A stretch of DNA of 64,000 nt from Phoronis australis. Lineage: Eukaryota; Animalia; Phoronida. Of this stretch, positions 1 through 14,788 are shown piece after piece. Location: NCBI GenBank assembly GCA_002633005.1, contig NMRA01000437.1, forward strand, positions 216,330-280,329. The letters are read 5' to 3'. A program made the position numbers and the translations under genes. Position 1 is the first letter of the stretch. Each line of letters opens with the position of its first letter. Under the pieces are notes generated by a model. It saw only the letters and a program-made list of their open reading frames with translations. It was not told the origin of the DNA and made no database searches.

Positions 1-3000
1 CATTTTTTTCAAAATAATTTTTGTGATATCAGGAAATAGAGAGATAGGTGTGTTCATGTTAATATTGTGTTTACTTAAGCTGTTGGTCTTTGTGTATAGG
101 CTAGAGCAAAATAGATTCGTGACGATATCAGTTAACATGGAGGAATATCATTCATTCGGCAGACGCAAATATTCAGTGCAACAATTACGAAGAGTTTCAT
201 CACAAGCGTGTGCGTGCAAACAAATACCTCGACCCCAATTCCTGCTACAGCTGACATTTTGTTGTTTAAGTCCTCCAATCTCTTAGACTTGCCGTTTGTC
301 TATATTCTGCATCTCACCTTGGGTGAGACAAATGCTATTTTGAAGAGGTGAATCGAACATCCTGTTACTACTTACAACGAGCAAACATGAGGTCATCACT
401 TTCAGTTTCACCAAAGAATTTAAAATGGCATTTTTTACAAGTTAGCCGCCACTGATGTCATCCTATGTCAAATCTTCAAAGACAGCAGTATTGTTGCCAT
501 TGACTACCGCTCTTCCAAAATAGGCTATAGACTTCCCTGAGCTATTTTTCATTTTCGTGACGTAAAAATATACAAGCCTTTCATATTTCATACAGCCTAT
601 GTTATTTTCGTTCAAAACATTGCTGAGCACAAGAGTTCTTGTTTGCAATGAACCTAGGTTCTTTGCTATGATCAGTTGTTGAAACGATCTTGCCTCAATT
701 TCTTCAATTTGTCAGGAACCTGTCTAATAAGTGTATTTTCTCGAAAAACAAAATGAAACGAAGAAAATATATAAGTAGTCTAGTAATTAACGCATGCCAG
801 GACTTATTACGTTTCAAGAGATCAGGAGAGTTCGTTCTACGAACATCGTTGTAATTAACGGTAGCTATCACGACTCAGCGCTTTCTGATATAATACCTGA
901 ACTCATTAAATACATTTGTGCCGGGCAACGTTTCCTTGCTGGTCAGAAGGTCACGTGGTTCAACAGAGTGGTGGATGGACATGGCCTTGGAGATTTTTGA
1001 AAAAAATAGAGGCGATATAAAACATATTAAATTAATGAAATCGAAGTGTTTTTGATGAAATAGTTCCTAGAAATTGTTGGAGTTTCATCTGAGATAACAA
1101 TTCGAGCAATTCTCTTTATTATGAGCATTTTATTAACATTGTGTTGTCACATTTAAGAGATTAGCATTCCTAAAAGTTGCGAGAGTTCACGAGAGCATGA
1201 AAATCACAAAATTTTCCCACCATTCTACACTGAAGCTATATTACGTAGGTTTGTTCGAAATTTAAAAGTTACAAACTCGTAATAAGAAACGGATTAATTA
1301 AACGAAGAACCTTGCACACAGTCATCATAAAAGCAAAACTCAAAATTGCTTTTATGCTTTACAAAGCAATTAAAGTTCTGAAGTGGATTACCTTAATTAG
1401 CTGATCTAATTGTCTAATCAATCTTAATAGAGCTTGCCTAATTGTTGTTTACTGCATTCATAAGATCCGCTCATTAAAATTTAATTCTATTCACTGCGTA
1501 GTTCATATTACACCATACGTGTTAATATTAATGACATATCCCTGCCGGGTAAGGTGTCGATTACGCTAATTGGTGTTTTAATTCTTCGCCCTTAATTATG
1601 TAATAGGTCCATGTAATTAACATGATACGTTTGCTTAAAAGATTACCCCTGTCGAGTATTACTACGCATCCTGCCTATAATTGTCCGAGCGAACAAAACA
1701 TCAATATCCGCAATATCATGTCGTGTCAACGCTCGTATTCACGAGTTAATCAAATGATTTAATTTTAATGCTTTTAATAGAAGTTAGTGAGTGAGGGGAT
1801 TATAAATGAAAACCATGTGGCGTTGATGGGGGGGGGGGGGGNGGGACATACCAAGCTACTTTTCTCATTTAACTTTTGAAAAATCGCTCAATGATAACGC
1901 TATCGCGTTTCAAACTTCTCCGCAGTCTAGAGACAAAACTCACCATCGAAAATAAAACGAAAACCACAAAGTGAAATGTCGGTAAAATATTGCGTTCAAA
2001 ATCATGGTGTCACTGACGACCTTTTCTTAACATGACGCTATGGTGTACCTTTCCGGCAATAGTCACTTATAGGGGTCCCGCATTGTGATAACACACTTGA
2101 TGCCGCTTTTTTGTGGAGAAAACAAATTCTGAAAATGCGGGACCCTTGTGACTATTATTGGTTTTATTTTCACATTGTGTTCAGGTTTTAGCGAAAAACA
2201 GGTGAGCCGGAGGCGAGGATTTATGCCAAAATGTCCAGGTTTACGATAGGATTTGAATCAATGATTTAATTTGTCTGCCTGCCATCTCAGCTCTTTTCAG
2301 GCAAGGCAATAACGAGAGAAGCTAGTGTGATTGCATGCTTCGCTTGAAATGCATGTTCAATTCACTTTCTTAAAAAATCAGCAAATATTTTATTTCATTT
2401 TATTTTCATTACTAGAATCTGGTGTAAATTAGACTCACAGTCAAGGTGATCATATGGAACACAAGTGAGTGACCACGCCTCGCTGACAACCGATGACTCG
2501 CACATTCGAATTTCCAACACCAGATCGTCAGTAGACGTCTAATCGCATTGTCAGCTGCTCAAGGGGATAGGCTATCGGCGCACCTAATTCCCCTTTCAAA
2601 GATAGGGCTTTTTGATTGTGTGACTCCATATTGAAACAGTCTCAGTGAAGTACATGTATCTTTGGGAATCAGTTGTTGTAGTAGGCCTAGAGGGGACTTC
2701 CGTCATATTTGCATTGCGCTTGTGGGTCGCGCCGGTAGCTGTAATGGACATGACTAAACAGTTACTGTGTTTGTCGAAACTATCCAATCCAGTCTCCGCT
2801 GTCATCAAACCAATTGTTTTAACCCGGACAACACAGTTTGTATATCTGCTTTTTATTACAAAATTCTCGTCACGTGTGATGCCGAAGCACGAAACCGTAA
2901 CAGTTTTCTGTTCATCGTCAAACTGTTCGATTTGTGTCATCACGTGCACGACCGAGTCCCTGGACAACGTGTTAGAAACATACATCTTGGCAGTGTCAGC

Positions 3001-3144
3001 TGACTGTTACTTGGCGATGGATATTCATGGAATAACCGCGACATTGGTATTCAATGACAGGAACACGTGTAGCTATGATACGATCCAGAGATCAGTTATC
3101 ATTGTTGTTATGAGAAGGTCAAGTACAGAAAGCGTCCTAAATCC

Positions 3145-3562
3145 CGTTTAGACATCAATTTTTGGCCCGGCGCAACTGACACGGAGCAAATTGACCCGTG
3201 ACAAGCGGCCGTTTACACACACACAACTCACTAACCGTGGCAAGACGGAAATTAAAGGCTGGAGAGACTGGATCGCACATGCGCAGGTTTACAATTGCCG
3301 AGAGTTGCAGAGACAAAGAACCCGTACATAGGTCATTGCACAAGCGCAGTAGAGACGATCCTTTCCGCCTTACTTCAGTTTCGCGTTTAGACTTATAATT
3401 GACACGGCGCAAGATGTTCGGGCGCAAATTACTCTACCTCACAAACGAGTGGCAAAACTTTGTCACCGCGGTGTCAATTTGCGCCGTGTCAGTCCGTTCA
3501 CACACTGGAACAACTTGTTCCGTGTCAGCTGATCTGTGTCAACTTTGTAAGTGTAAACGGCA
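3145..3562. mobile_element. Foldback/MITE-like element with CCGTTTAGAC / GTGTAAACGG ends and inverted TGACACGG repeats
   Basis: CTGACACGGAGCAAATTGAC (about 3176) is inverted as GTCAATTTGCGCCGTGTCAG (about 3473-3492). Confidence 0.55.
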
Positions 3563-4034
3563 CTCTCTTGCTGATTGCATCTACGACATTGGTTTACATG
3601 TGTTTGTACTATGGCAAAGATCCGTGTGCGGGCTTTCAATTCAATTTTAATTTTGAAATTGAATATTGAACCCTGGAATATCAATTTTCTATTAGAAAAT
3701 TAAATGTTCAATCTAAAGTTGAAAAATGAAATATTGATTGTTAATATTCCACTGTTCAATTAAAATTAAATCATGAAGATTGAAATAATGACAAATGTTC
3801 CAATGTTTCATATTCCAATCTAAATTGAAATAGGAATCGTGAAGCATTAAGTCAATAGTGTATTTCAAGGGTGTTTAGATCCCAACACTGCTCTGCTTGG
3901 TTGGCAAGCAGCTAATCAAAATGCGTAACAAATATTAAGGTGCTGCGTATAGATATAGCGTACACTCGACAAGACAATAGGTCCACTTATGCAAACGCCG
4001 GCCCACGAACAAATAGATGGAAAAATAGACGTTA

Positions 4035-4178
4035 CATGAGCGGCGCACTATAGGGGGCTAGGGGGCTATAGCTACCCACTTTTTTAGTGCTACGCCGCAC
4101 AGGGTCTATAGGCAGTGCGCCACAGGGGGGCTGAGGGGGCTTTAATCCCCCACTTTTTTCAGTGCTGCACCGCCCATG
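4035..4178. mobile_element. Short MITE (CATG..GCGC / GCACCGCCCATG termini), near-perfect 5-bp TSD CGTTA/TGTTA; relatives at 11643-11712 and about 59862-59932
   Basis: Terminal inverted repeats, internal tandem duplication, dispersed homologous copies in the window. Confidence 0.7.
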
Positions 4179-7100
4179 TGTTAGGTATGAGAAAGGGACG
4201 AGATCAGCGGTAGGGCGCGAATGATGTAAAACCTTTCAACTAATTAGATTAGGGCTTAGAAGTTAATCGTTTTCATTGGTTGTAAAACTGTTTAATGATC
4301 GCGAAACTGAACCATGGATAATTTAGTGGTCAAAGTTTCAAGTTTCAATTTTAGACTGAAAATGGATTTTCAATTTTGATTCGAAATCCCCTTTTCCAAA
4401 GTTTTGATATCAAAACGAATTTTGAAATTCGAAACATCGATATGTTTCAATTTACAGAGAGAAACCATCTTTAAAATACTGGACATTATTTCAAGTTTCC
4501 GAATTCAATTCTAATTGAAGCTTGGAACTGGAAAATGGCAGCACTTCATGACACTTTCAATTTTATCGACACGTGACTCTGATATCAATTTGTATTATTT
4601 CATTTAGAGGCTTTCCGTACTTTTGATGTGCTCTTTGACACGTGAAATCACGTGTGCCGTGGAGCCAGATGTAAACTATTAACTTTAGTGCACATTCTCT
4701 TTTAGTCCTGAATTTCAACGAAAAACAACCAATGAAGAAGAGGGTAACAAAATGCCAGATTTACGTAGTGGAGCTTTACGGTTTCGGCAACGTTGCTTAC
4801 GTTTTGAAGGTAAAGAGGACTGTTTAAAGGTGCATTCTCGGCGTGAAAAATAATTTGAAAGAAATTAGCAGTAGCACGGAATGGAACACAGCAGAAACGC
4901 AACAGCAGTCGAATGCTCTTCCGCAGAGCCACAGCCCGTGCGTTAATTACTGAAACACTGGCTTTGATTTCAGCTAATTACTCGCAGAATTGACGATTTG
5001 TAATAAAACTAAAGACACCACAGATTCTGTTAAAGCTCTGGTCAAAGCTGATATCTTCAAAAAAGGTATCCTATTCAGCAATATTGCCCAAAATGCGTTT
5101 TCGGTTGTCAAAACGATAGCATCTCTTTAAAGCCCTTTCAAAGTATTTTTACAAGGATAGTAAGCTCCCGGAAATAGCAGGTTAATTTTTACTTGTCGAA
5201 TAATTCAGATATAAGCCTGGGCGTACTTTCGTAAACAGGGGCCTGTAAATGGAAAGAAGGCCCATGAGTCTGAACTCGAAAATTTTCCTAATCATAGGCC
5301 CTTGAGGATTTATCTGTGGGTTTCGCTTGGGGCAACTCCTCATGAAAAGATCAGTTTAGTGTGGGTTGAAAAAGTTGAAAATGGCTATAAGCCCGAATTC
5401 GATCACAGAAAATCTCTTTTGATTTACAGCATTTACCGTCATGAAATTGTTCTCAAATTGCCTCTCAATCAAGCTCGAAGTTTCAAAGCTTCTAAAAAAT
5501 TGAAACCAGGTTTCACGACGTGTTTGCTAGAAATGAACACTCATCTGAGCAAGTGGTCTAAATTAAGAGTTTCCTTCGTGGTCATTTATGGCTACATTTG
5601 TTACTTAGGATCAAAGTTCTGAAATTACCTAATAAGCAGTAATTGTAGACCCATTAAACAACGTATTTTTGATACTTGCGTTGATAAGCAATTTTTATGT
5701 CCACAAATATGATTATGAAATGTTCATTATCACGTGATTATACATTTTTCTAAAAAAATCTTGATGAAGACGTCAACATTATTCATTAATTAATTTGTGT
5801 TTTGTAGCCGAGCTCTCGGGATAAAAGACTTCAACAGAAAATCCCAGCTTTGCTTTTATGAGTAATGAAATAATAAAAAAAGAATTTGCAACCTTCGTGT
5901 CACATAGTATGGTGGTGCAATTCATAGGGATGTCCGTGTCATTCCCGATTTTAGAGAAAAACATAGTCACGTGATTACAAGCACATTGCTATTGGTTTCC
6001 TGCGTACGAGATTTTTGTGATGATAAGGATGTTAAAAAGTTGGTTTATGGGTGTACTGTTCATGCTTAAAAATTCTTAAAAAATTCATTTCATGTGGTAG
6101 CGAACACAAATTACATACGAAAATTCTGAATCATTTCAATTCCCTGAAAATGATCCTTTTAAATAAGCCCTGTTACCTTTTTTCACACAACCCAAATCCA
6201 AACAACGAAGCAGGCAACTGAAATACACAAACGATTACTCAAGCCTTTTGACACCAGCATAAAACTTGACTTACATCTACACACACATCATTCAAGGCCG
6301 TAGTAAACAAAACAAGTGTCAAAAAGCCATCACCTTTTCACAAAGTATTTCAACTCGTCCAAAATTGATCTGCCGGATGCAGGTCAATGGGAGGTAACCC
6401 TTCAATTCGGTTTCTTGGTAGAAACTAATCGCTATTACGTAAGGAGAAACTTTGAGGCAAATTTGTGACGTAAACAATTAACAGTTAAAACTAAAACCAT
6501 TCTTCCGAAACGATGAATCACTGGGTAACACCCATTTGTGACTCTTTTCTTAAAATGAGTTCCTCTCACCGTAAGACAAACACCCCTAAGATATACATCA
6601 AATTATCAAGGCTTTCACATTGAACACATGCATGTACATGTATATGTATTTGTATGTTCGTTTCCTCAGTTTCTTGGAAATGAGGAGTCGAAAACACATG
6701 GTGCACTTACAAGTACATTTGAAGTACTGAATATACTTGCTAGAAATACAAACACGGTTAACGGGTGCGCGACTGTGTAGCGTAAGCTTTTCAATGCTCG
6801 TTTTGAAATTTTGAGGAAATGTACTATCTCTAAAGGCAGCCGCACACCATTCAGGAAGCTTTTGAACAAGATAAAAGGGCAGTCGAGCTCCGTCAGTTTA
6901 CTGAGACAACTCCCCTAGACCTGTCGTATGTTCGGGTGAACTGGAGCATGCTAAAACTATAAAAATCTGTTAAGCAAATAAAGTATGCATTTATGCGCGG
7001 TTCAGTCGGTTAGGTTGCTATAAATAATGGTAATTAACCGAAAGTATTGAATAAGCGCATTCAACGTTGTCATAAAGACGTTATTTGAAGTCATTTTTGT

Positions 7101-10100
7101 CAATGTCGCGTTGCATTGCAGTTAATCGTCAGAAATACAGCATTTTGTTCCTTTCCAGTTATTCATAAAGGCAACCACGACACTTCGCTCCAACTTAAAG
7201 AGATATTATCGTCGATAAGAGTGATTTTCTGAGATCAGTCTCAGCAGTCAGCGCGAAATCGAACCTGCAATACCCGCGGTGGCAAACAAAAATTCTAATT
7301 GTTAGTTATTTCTATACATCTTTAGACTAGCGATCTGTTTAATTTTAGAGCCTGCTAGGTTGAAGATTAGTTTAGTTAATAGTAGCGCGTCTGCGACTCT
7401 GTGTAGTCTGAAAATATTCCATTTCACAAATCAGCGGATGGAAAGCCAGATATTATGAAATTGTTGCGTTTTGCACTAAAATTTAATGTGATGGCCCAAT
7501 TACCGGTTGAGAACAGTCTGAGAAAGGCTGCCTTTGCCAACCGCCTGCACCCTCGGCATCTTTGAAACTTAGAATCCCCGATGCTGACCGAAATGACACA
7601 ATAGCCAGCATTCTCTCTGGAATACCGCCGAGACATAGTGATGGCGTAAAGTTGGGACTCGTCTCTCCCCGAAAGCAATTGTCTGTAAATGACCTTAACT
7701 ATAGTATAAACAATGGGTTAAAATCATGAATTATCTTGGCGGCTTAACCCTTCCAAACCAACGCCATCACGTTCTTATCCTTCGTTTGAATTGAAATTGG
7801 TTACAATAAATCGCCTGGTCTGGTTTGAAGCATCGACAACTTGTCAGCTCCTCTGAACCACAACAATCATCTCAGTAAGAGCACTGAACAAGATGAGATC
7901 AATTTTATCACAGCACGTGGCCTAAACTTCAAATGCTGTTTTTGACAAAAGATGCGGGTTTACTGGCTCTCTAAAAGCATTGCTGTGATATTGTTCATAG
8001 TTTCTTAAAATGCTATTCGCTAATGTTCAACTTTTCGAATGAATATCAGTGGATAGGTGATTATCTCTTGCTGCCGAATACTTCACTATTCAATCTAGGG
8101 AAAGAAATTAAAAGTAATACTATATATTTCCGCGTTAATTTTCTTAAAAGGTTTCAGTCGTCAACTTAAGATTAATGTTTTACTTAGAGTATTTTTTACA
8201 TCACAAGTTACATGTTTTGTTTGGAAGACAAGCTCAGACGTGAACTATGAACACAGCATTTTTGTAACTACCAGAATGCCACTTGGACAAGATATCCGGT
8301 TAAAAAGATTTCTTGGCAATATTTTGCAAGTCTTCATAAAAAAGGAGAATATGTTTCCGTTAACGAATTTCCTCGTCGTTCTCAAACCACGCGCACTCTT
8401 CAATATTAAATATTTAATCTTTACACTTAATTATCAAAACAATTAACTTTATGGACAACAAATGAGTGAAGAATCGTTAAACTCTACATTTATTTGCGCT
8501 ATCTTCATTCACCAGGCGAAACCAGTTTGTTACTAAAGTCTTCTTGTCTAGAGCCTTAGGGATTTGGCCACTAATTGACTAATTACTGGTCAGAGTTATA
8601 ATACAATCACACACTCGTAACGTCTCCTACACACGAGAAACTTGTCGAGAAAAGGTGAGATCACGGAAAATGAGTGGAAGGCGAGTTTTCGCGAGTATGC
8701 CAGAGACATTACTAGCGGTCACCGAAGTGATTGGTCGGTGAGGTCGGAATGTTGAACTATGGGATTAAATTCATTGCTTATTCTGTTCCAAAGTGAGTAT
8801 TCGTCAAAGAAAGTGCTTCAGAAGTGTCTTGGTTAGGAAATTAGTCTCACACTGACAAATTAGAGGTGGTTTCTGGGCTCAGAAAGATCTAACAGACTGT
8901 CAGTGCTTGACAAGGCTCTACAAGTTTGCTTGTCGCGCCGATCATTTTAGGCGCCGAGAATGGTCTCAAGCAACAAAGAACTGTCAGTCTTTTCAAGCCC
9001 ATTAACTACTTCTCGCCTGAGCTAGGAAGGAGTTGAGATCAATTTTTAGCTGCAAATGGACTAAACCAAAAAAAAAAAATAAAATGTCTACCAAGCCTCA
9101 ATTCGGTTGGGTACTTCAATAAATAGCACCCTTCATAAACTCATAATTGTAAAAATTAATATGCTAGTCACCATAAAATGAATGTTGTATTACATCATTT
9201 AAAACCGCTCACATTTAGGCCAAAGTTTCAGTGTATGTAACAACAAAGGTTTTGATCTTGGTGACAACTTTTTGTGATGACATTTCTAGTGCATAACGGG
9301 TAAAGCAAACGAGTTCGATGTTTACCTTCACTGCTATGACTACAAATTTCTGGCCATCATAGAGAGGCGTTTTCAACGCTGATTACTGTCCCCCTTCCTA
9401 CAGAAGCCGTGTATGCAACAACAACAAAATGACCAAGAAAAGACAAGGACATTTCACTCTGTATTGAGATTCATAAGTGCCGTGGGGAACAAAGAGGAAA
9501 TAGAGCAACTCATTAACGATGCCTGCAACTTATTTGAGACCTTTAAACGTGTTGATTCCAACTCTTCTTACGAATTTAGGACGCGATATGGCCTACAGGT
9601 GAAATATAATTTCAGCATTTTTTCTATGACAGATAGATATATGCTTTTCCTTGTTCAGACAACGTTTTGAAAATTTGCTCGCAATACCAACTATGTTCAA
9701 AGTCCTTATAAAATGAAAGGACATGGGAGAGAATCAAAATACACGGAAAAGATTGTATCCGTTTGCGGGTGCAGTTGCTTAAGAATTCTTTTTAAAACGT
9801 TCCATTTTGGCGTGAGACGTTATCACAAACTGGAACTTTCAGGAATTTTCTGAAGAAAATTACAAATGCATAAAACGAAAACGAAAGCCGGGATAATTTA
9901 GAAAGAAGTGTAACGGTGTGAATGAGATTTTATCAGTAACTTTTATATCAAAAGGAACTTGATCAAGCTATTGACACCGTTGTTTTGCTCTCGTTGTCTT
10001 GTACCTTTTTTTCTCGGTAAATATCATTACGCGGCTCCATTAAAGGCTGATTGATATGAAGTAAAGAATCAAATTTTACAGGCTTTCTACTTTCAGAATG

Positions 10101-13100
10101 TAATGCTGTAGATATCTGGCAAAATACAGAGGCTCGTTAATAAGAACCCTCAAAGCACACGCTGAACGACGTTTTGCCTCGTCAAGTCTAACTCTAAACT
10201 TCCAAAGATGACGTTCAAAAGTTCACATGTTGAAATATCCCAGAACTACATTCCGTAGAGCAAGTTTCTTCAGATGAAGGCGACATGTCGCCACGTGCGC
10301 TACCTGCGAAGTCCGCAAACTAGCCTTATTCGCGTGCATGTTGCATCAACGGAACGGGACCCAGCAGTGAAAGAAACGCTCTGTCTACTAACTTCACCAT
10401 TTAACTAACTTCGCTAAAATCTTCGCGTCGTTAACACAGTCCATGCGTGCTGAAGCTACTACGTCATTTACCGGATTACTTTCCGCGATACACGGTTCTT
10501 ATTGCATAGCAGGAGAAATGTTCACTCGCGGTAATCAATTTGACGATACGATTACCATGTATGATTCCTTCGGATATTGCTGCAGGAAATTATTTGCCTT
10601 AACTATGGTTCTACGACTTCATTAATTTTCATATTCCCAACAAGCTGTAATAAATCTAAAATCAAAGATTCTATAATTTCCTATCAAGAAAACAACACTT
10701 CCCGACTTTTTCTTCACTACGGTAAAATTAAATTAAAATTTACGTTCCAGTCGTCTTCGGATTATCAAAACGCTCAGTATGATTATGTCATTCATGTTCA
10801 TAGCCTACGTAATTACTTCGAAAACACAAATTTCCAATAATTCATGTCATATTGTCTTTGTCATTTGTGAAAGCACTTTAACATTTACTTACCTTATCAT
10901 GTTGTTCTTTTTACTTTGGGAGAAATTCTCTCAGTGATGTTGAACACGTTGGGATCTCGCGAAGCCTCTCCCTCTCCAGCCGGTTTCGTTCACCCTAATT
11001 CTTTTGGAATGAACCACTTGCGTAAAGGGGTGTTCGTAGTTTTGCTGTGCACTGCGTGTTTTCGTACTCAATAATACGACTTATCCTGTTCATTACGTTC
11101 GTTATTTATAAGAACGCACGTGTGGACTGCGCAAATGAGGGGGTGTTCGCTTATTAGATATGTACAAATACGCTTGACGTGGTAAAGTTCGCGTGAATTG
11201 AGTATTAACTGAACCTAAGTCTAAAATTATTATAAACATAAACTAGTTTTACTAACGGAACTTTCTACTGGCAATCCGGGCGCAGATTCGAAAACTTCCA
11301 GTTTGGGACCAAACAAATATAGGCGTCCGAGCGCATTTTCGAAAGTGTCCAGTGAACGTTCATGTGTATCAATATTGTGGCCGACTCTCCAGTGGACATT
11401 CCTCTGAACGTTTTTTACAACCAACCATAACAAAATGTGCGTTTAATAATATTGACGTACGAATTGTTGAAAATATACTTTCGACGTTCATTTCCTATGG
11501 AAATGGTCAAGTTTTAGGATTCAGTCATGTATATTTATTCCAAATGCACGCCCTAGGCGTTCAAAGTCTGCATATTGACCCGTCTTCAGAAAACATACAG
11601 GATACAGGAACAGGCAACACGCGTTTTAGTAGCACTTAGTAGCATGGGCAGCGCAGCACTGAAAAAGTGGGGGGGGCTATAACCCCCAGCCACCTATGGT
11701 GCACCGCCCATGTTATATGCACTAAAGCCCGAGTAGAGTTTCGTAGACGCGAGGATCTCGTTAGGGAAGCTAGTGTGGCCATTAGCTTCGCTTGCAACAC
11801 ACGTGGATATCTGGAGAAGTCCTGCGCTTTCGCGAGATTCTCGCTTCCACGGAACGCACGCCATGTTTCAGCCAAGAAATCTATAAATCCACAGTGAATT
11901 CAAAGTTGGGTTTAAGAGGGGCTAGGAGCCCCCCCCGACAAACACGACCAAAATACAGTTGAAATAAAACTCCGCTAGCATGACGTTTTTATGGCCCACT
12001 TTCGCGAACATTTTTCCTTCGTAAATCGTGGTTACCCACCCCGTTTTACACATCCCAGATCAGCCTATGATATTCCTCAAAGCATTAGTTTGCAGTCATA
12101 GAGGGATTGTCTGAATAAAATCCTGGTCTCATGAGTATTGAATTTTAATTAAATCGCAAATTTAAAGTTGATTACGGGCACTCTGTAACTAATTTAGACA
12201 TTAGCTTTGAACATTCGCCAGTTTCCGACCCATTTCGCAGGTGGATGCTGGGTATTCAAAAAGCTAATTCTAATTTTATTCCTCCCAGAATTCCCCCGAG
12301 TACTACCATGAGATACGGACATGCGCAAAGCGAACCATTCCACGGACTTATCTTCTGGAGGAAGACGTGTTTTTCCTTTGGAAGGTTTTTTCGCGCAAGT
12401 TATACCGCGACCACGCTCAATTGCATAACTCTTTGCTACTGAGCATTTTCTTCTTATCCTATATAATCATCTTGGAAGTTTTTGGACGACCGAGCTCACC
12501 GACTCTGTGTGACTCGNGTTTCCGACCCATTTCGCAGGTGGATGCTGGGTATTCAAAAAGCTAATTCTAATTAAGCGTTAAAACGCTTACTCTGGTGTAG
12601 GGAGTGTGACTGCTTGCTACCTCTCAAGCTTAAGATTGCTGCGATCAAATCTCACGACGTTGAGTACGACTACCATACAACAGGTTAATCTGTTGTAAGA
12701 CTCAGCATAAAAATTAAAATTATTGTTTATCGAAATAATGGCTACCTACGACGTTTCGAACAGTGGTCACTACGTCATTACTTGGCGAAAAATTAGGTGT
12801 AGTGTGAAATTAAATCTATCTTGGTTGACCGCTTTTAAGAATGATGTCAATGTGAACAAGAACAATTTTTGTATTCTAATATAAGAAATTATTAAAGTAA
12901 CGGACATTTTAGCACAAGATGACTGTCTGATCTGTTTTAAGCCCTGTGTAGTATTAGCTAATGACCAGATATTTAGCCTGTGCTGTATCGCCCAGCTTAG
13001 AGATTAAGTACATCCATGCAGATGGGGTTGAAATACACTGTATGCATTTAATTTGAAAATATCATTAAAGAAAGAAGCCTGGAAAACTCTGCAGACACAT

Positions 13101-14762
13101 TAGCATAGTTAGTAATAGCCCCTCAACTGACGTTAGCGAAAGAAAAGTGTCTAGAAATGTCTACTTGTTACTATCAGCTATTCCGTAATATATATGAGTG
13201 TCACGTGCTATTAGCATTCTAGGTTTCCAGCGGTGTTAATGTCAGCTTGTAGCGGAAGTACTTGGGATTGCTCTGGTGCGTGTAGGCCTACTTGATTTGT
13301 GACGTCATATTCAGAAACACGCTTATATATTTCAAGTATTCAAGGCCATGGACCCAAAGTACAGTTTCTAATAAAGAAGAAATAGTGCAGAGGCACATCT
13401 ACAAACATCTCTTTATAAAATGATGATTTTTCTACAAAAAAGCATAATAAACAAAACTAACGAATTTCGTAACATTTGGTTTGCTCCATATTTTTCCTTC
13501 ATACATGTACATCTATTCCCTAAGTAATACGCTGAGCAACAAAGGGATATTCATATTCGATACAAATGTTTGGACAAAAGTGGCACATATGTTCAGAACA
13601 ATAATAAAATTTTACCGGTCAGCTTCGACAATTAAACCGTAATTCGCAGCCCGCAATCGCATCAAAGACTGTGGATTTTTGAGGCAGTCATGATAACAAA
13701 TACGACTCAGACATACATTTTATTTTACACAGATAATATGCCAGTTAGGAATAATTTGCAATTTTGCTGCCAGCTTTGTAAAAGAGCAGTCTATAACACG
13801 GCTAGGAGACAATATTAATGGGGGTTATGTTACTAGTTTCGCCCTGGTAAAGCTATGCCCCATTTACATAGTAGTTTTTGATCGTAGACGCCCATTACAT
13901 CGTTATCTTCCGACTTTGCAATGCAAGTAAACAATAAATAGTATGATGCTTTCGTATATCTGCTAGAATGTATCTTCAGGATCTTAAACCAATATTTAGT
14001 GCATTATCATGACATTTCATGAACAACGAATAGCGACCACATTCGCTTAGCACGGAAGAACTGGAACAAACATTTCCTACACCCACGGCCATTTTATACG
14101 ATTCATTCTGGACACTTTCAATACACTCATACTTATCAAATCCTCGGACGTCTCACATGGAAACAAATTTTCATCTACTTCCGTATGAATCTGGTTGCCC
14201 TTCGAAACACGAATTTATTAAAACAGTTCTTGTCACTGGCTGCGGCATTAATCAAGTTTCTTTCAGTAAATGATAACAAACAGGGGTCATTTTGAATAAC
14301 AACAAATGATTCTTCCGATGACAATAATCAGAAAATCAAGTTTTCAATTAGTAAGCCTGCTAAGTCTTCCTGAGTATGTGGAAAGAATGCGCGTTCTTTG
14401 ATACTAGAATGACTTCGCCATGGTGATTTATACGTAGTTTTTATGTAGAATGTTTTGTAGAAAAATAAACCATCTTGCATTAGAACCATTACTCTTCAAA
14501 TACCAGCACGTTCATACTGAATCTTAAGTGATAGCGGAAATGCATTTTGCTTGGCGGGAAATGACTTTATTCGATGTCTTCTGCACGAGGCGACCTATTC
14601 AATGGACATTGCAGGAACATATGATGTGGGGGCCGGGGGGACACGTGCAGGCGTTAAGAACGACACTTTGGTGGACATTGGCTTAGGCTGCATACGCGGG
14701 GAAAGCAGACACCCCCAGATTTGGGTAAAGATGATAAGAGAAAGAGTTAGCAAAGCATGTAT

Positions 14763-14788
14763 GAGAGAGAGAGAGAGAGAGAGAGAGA
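14763..14788. repeat. (GA)n microsatellite
   Basis: Direct inspection. Confidence 0.9.

Noticed and set aside
7240-7295. Pol III B-box-like GGTTCGATTT on the minus strand (possible tRNA)
   Set aside because: No cloverleaf or clear A-box can be built; at most a SINE remnant.
12221-12572. 55-bp perfect direct repeat (12221-12275 and 12518-12572) resembling an LTR or att pair
   Set aside because: The second copy starts right after the N at 12517; this is contig overlap of two haplotypes.
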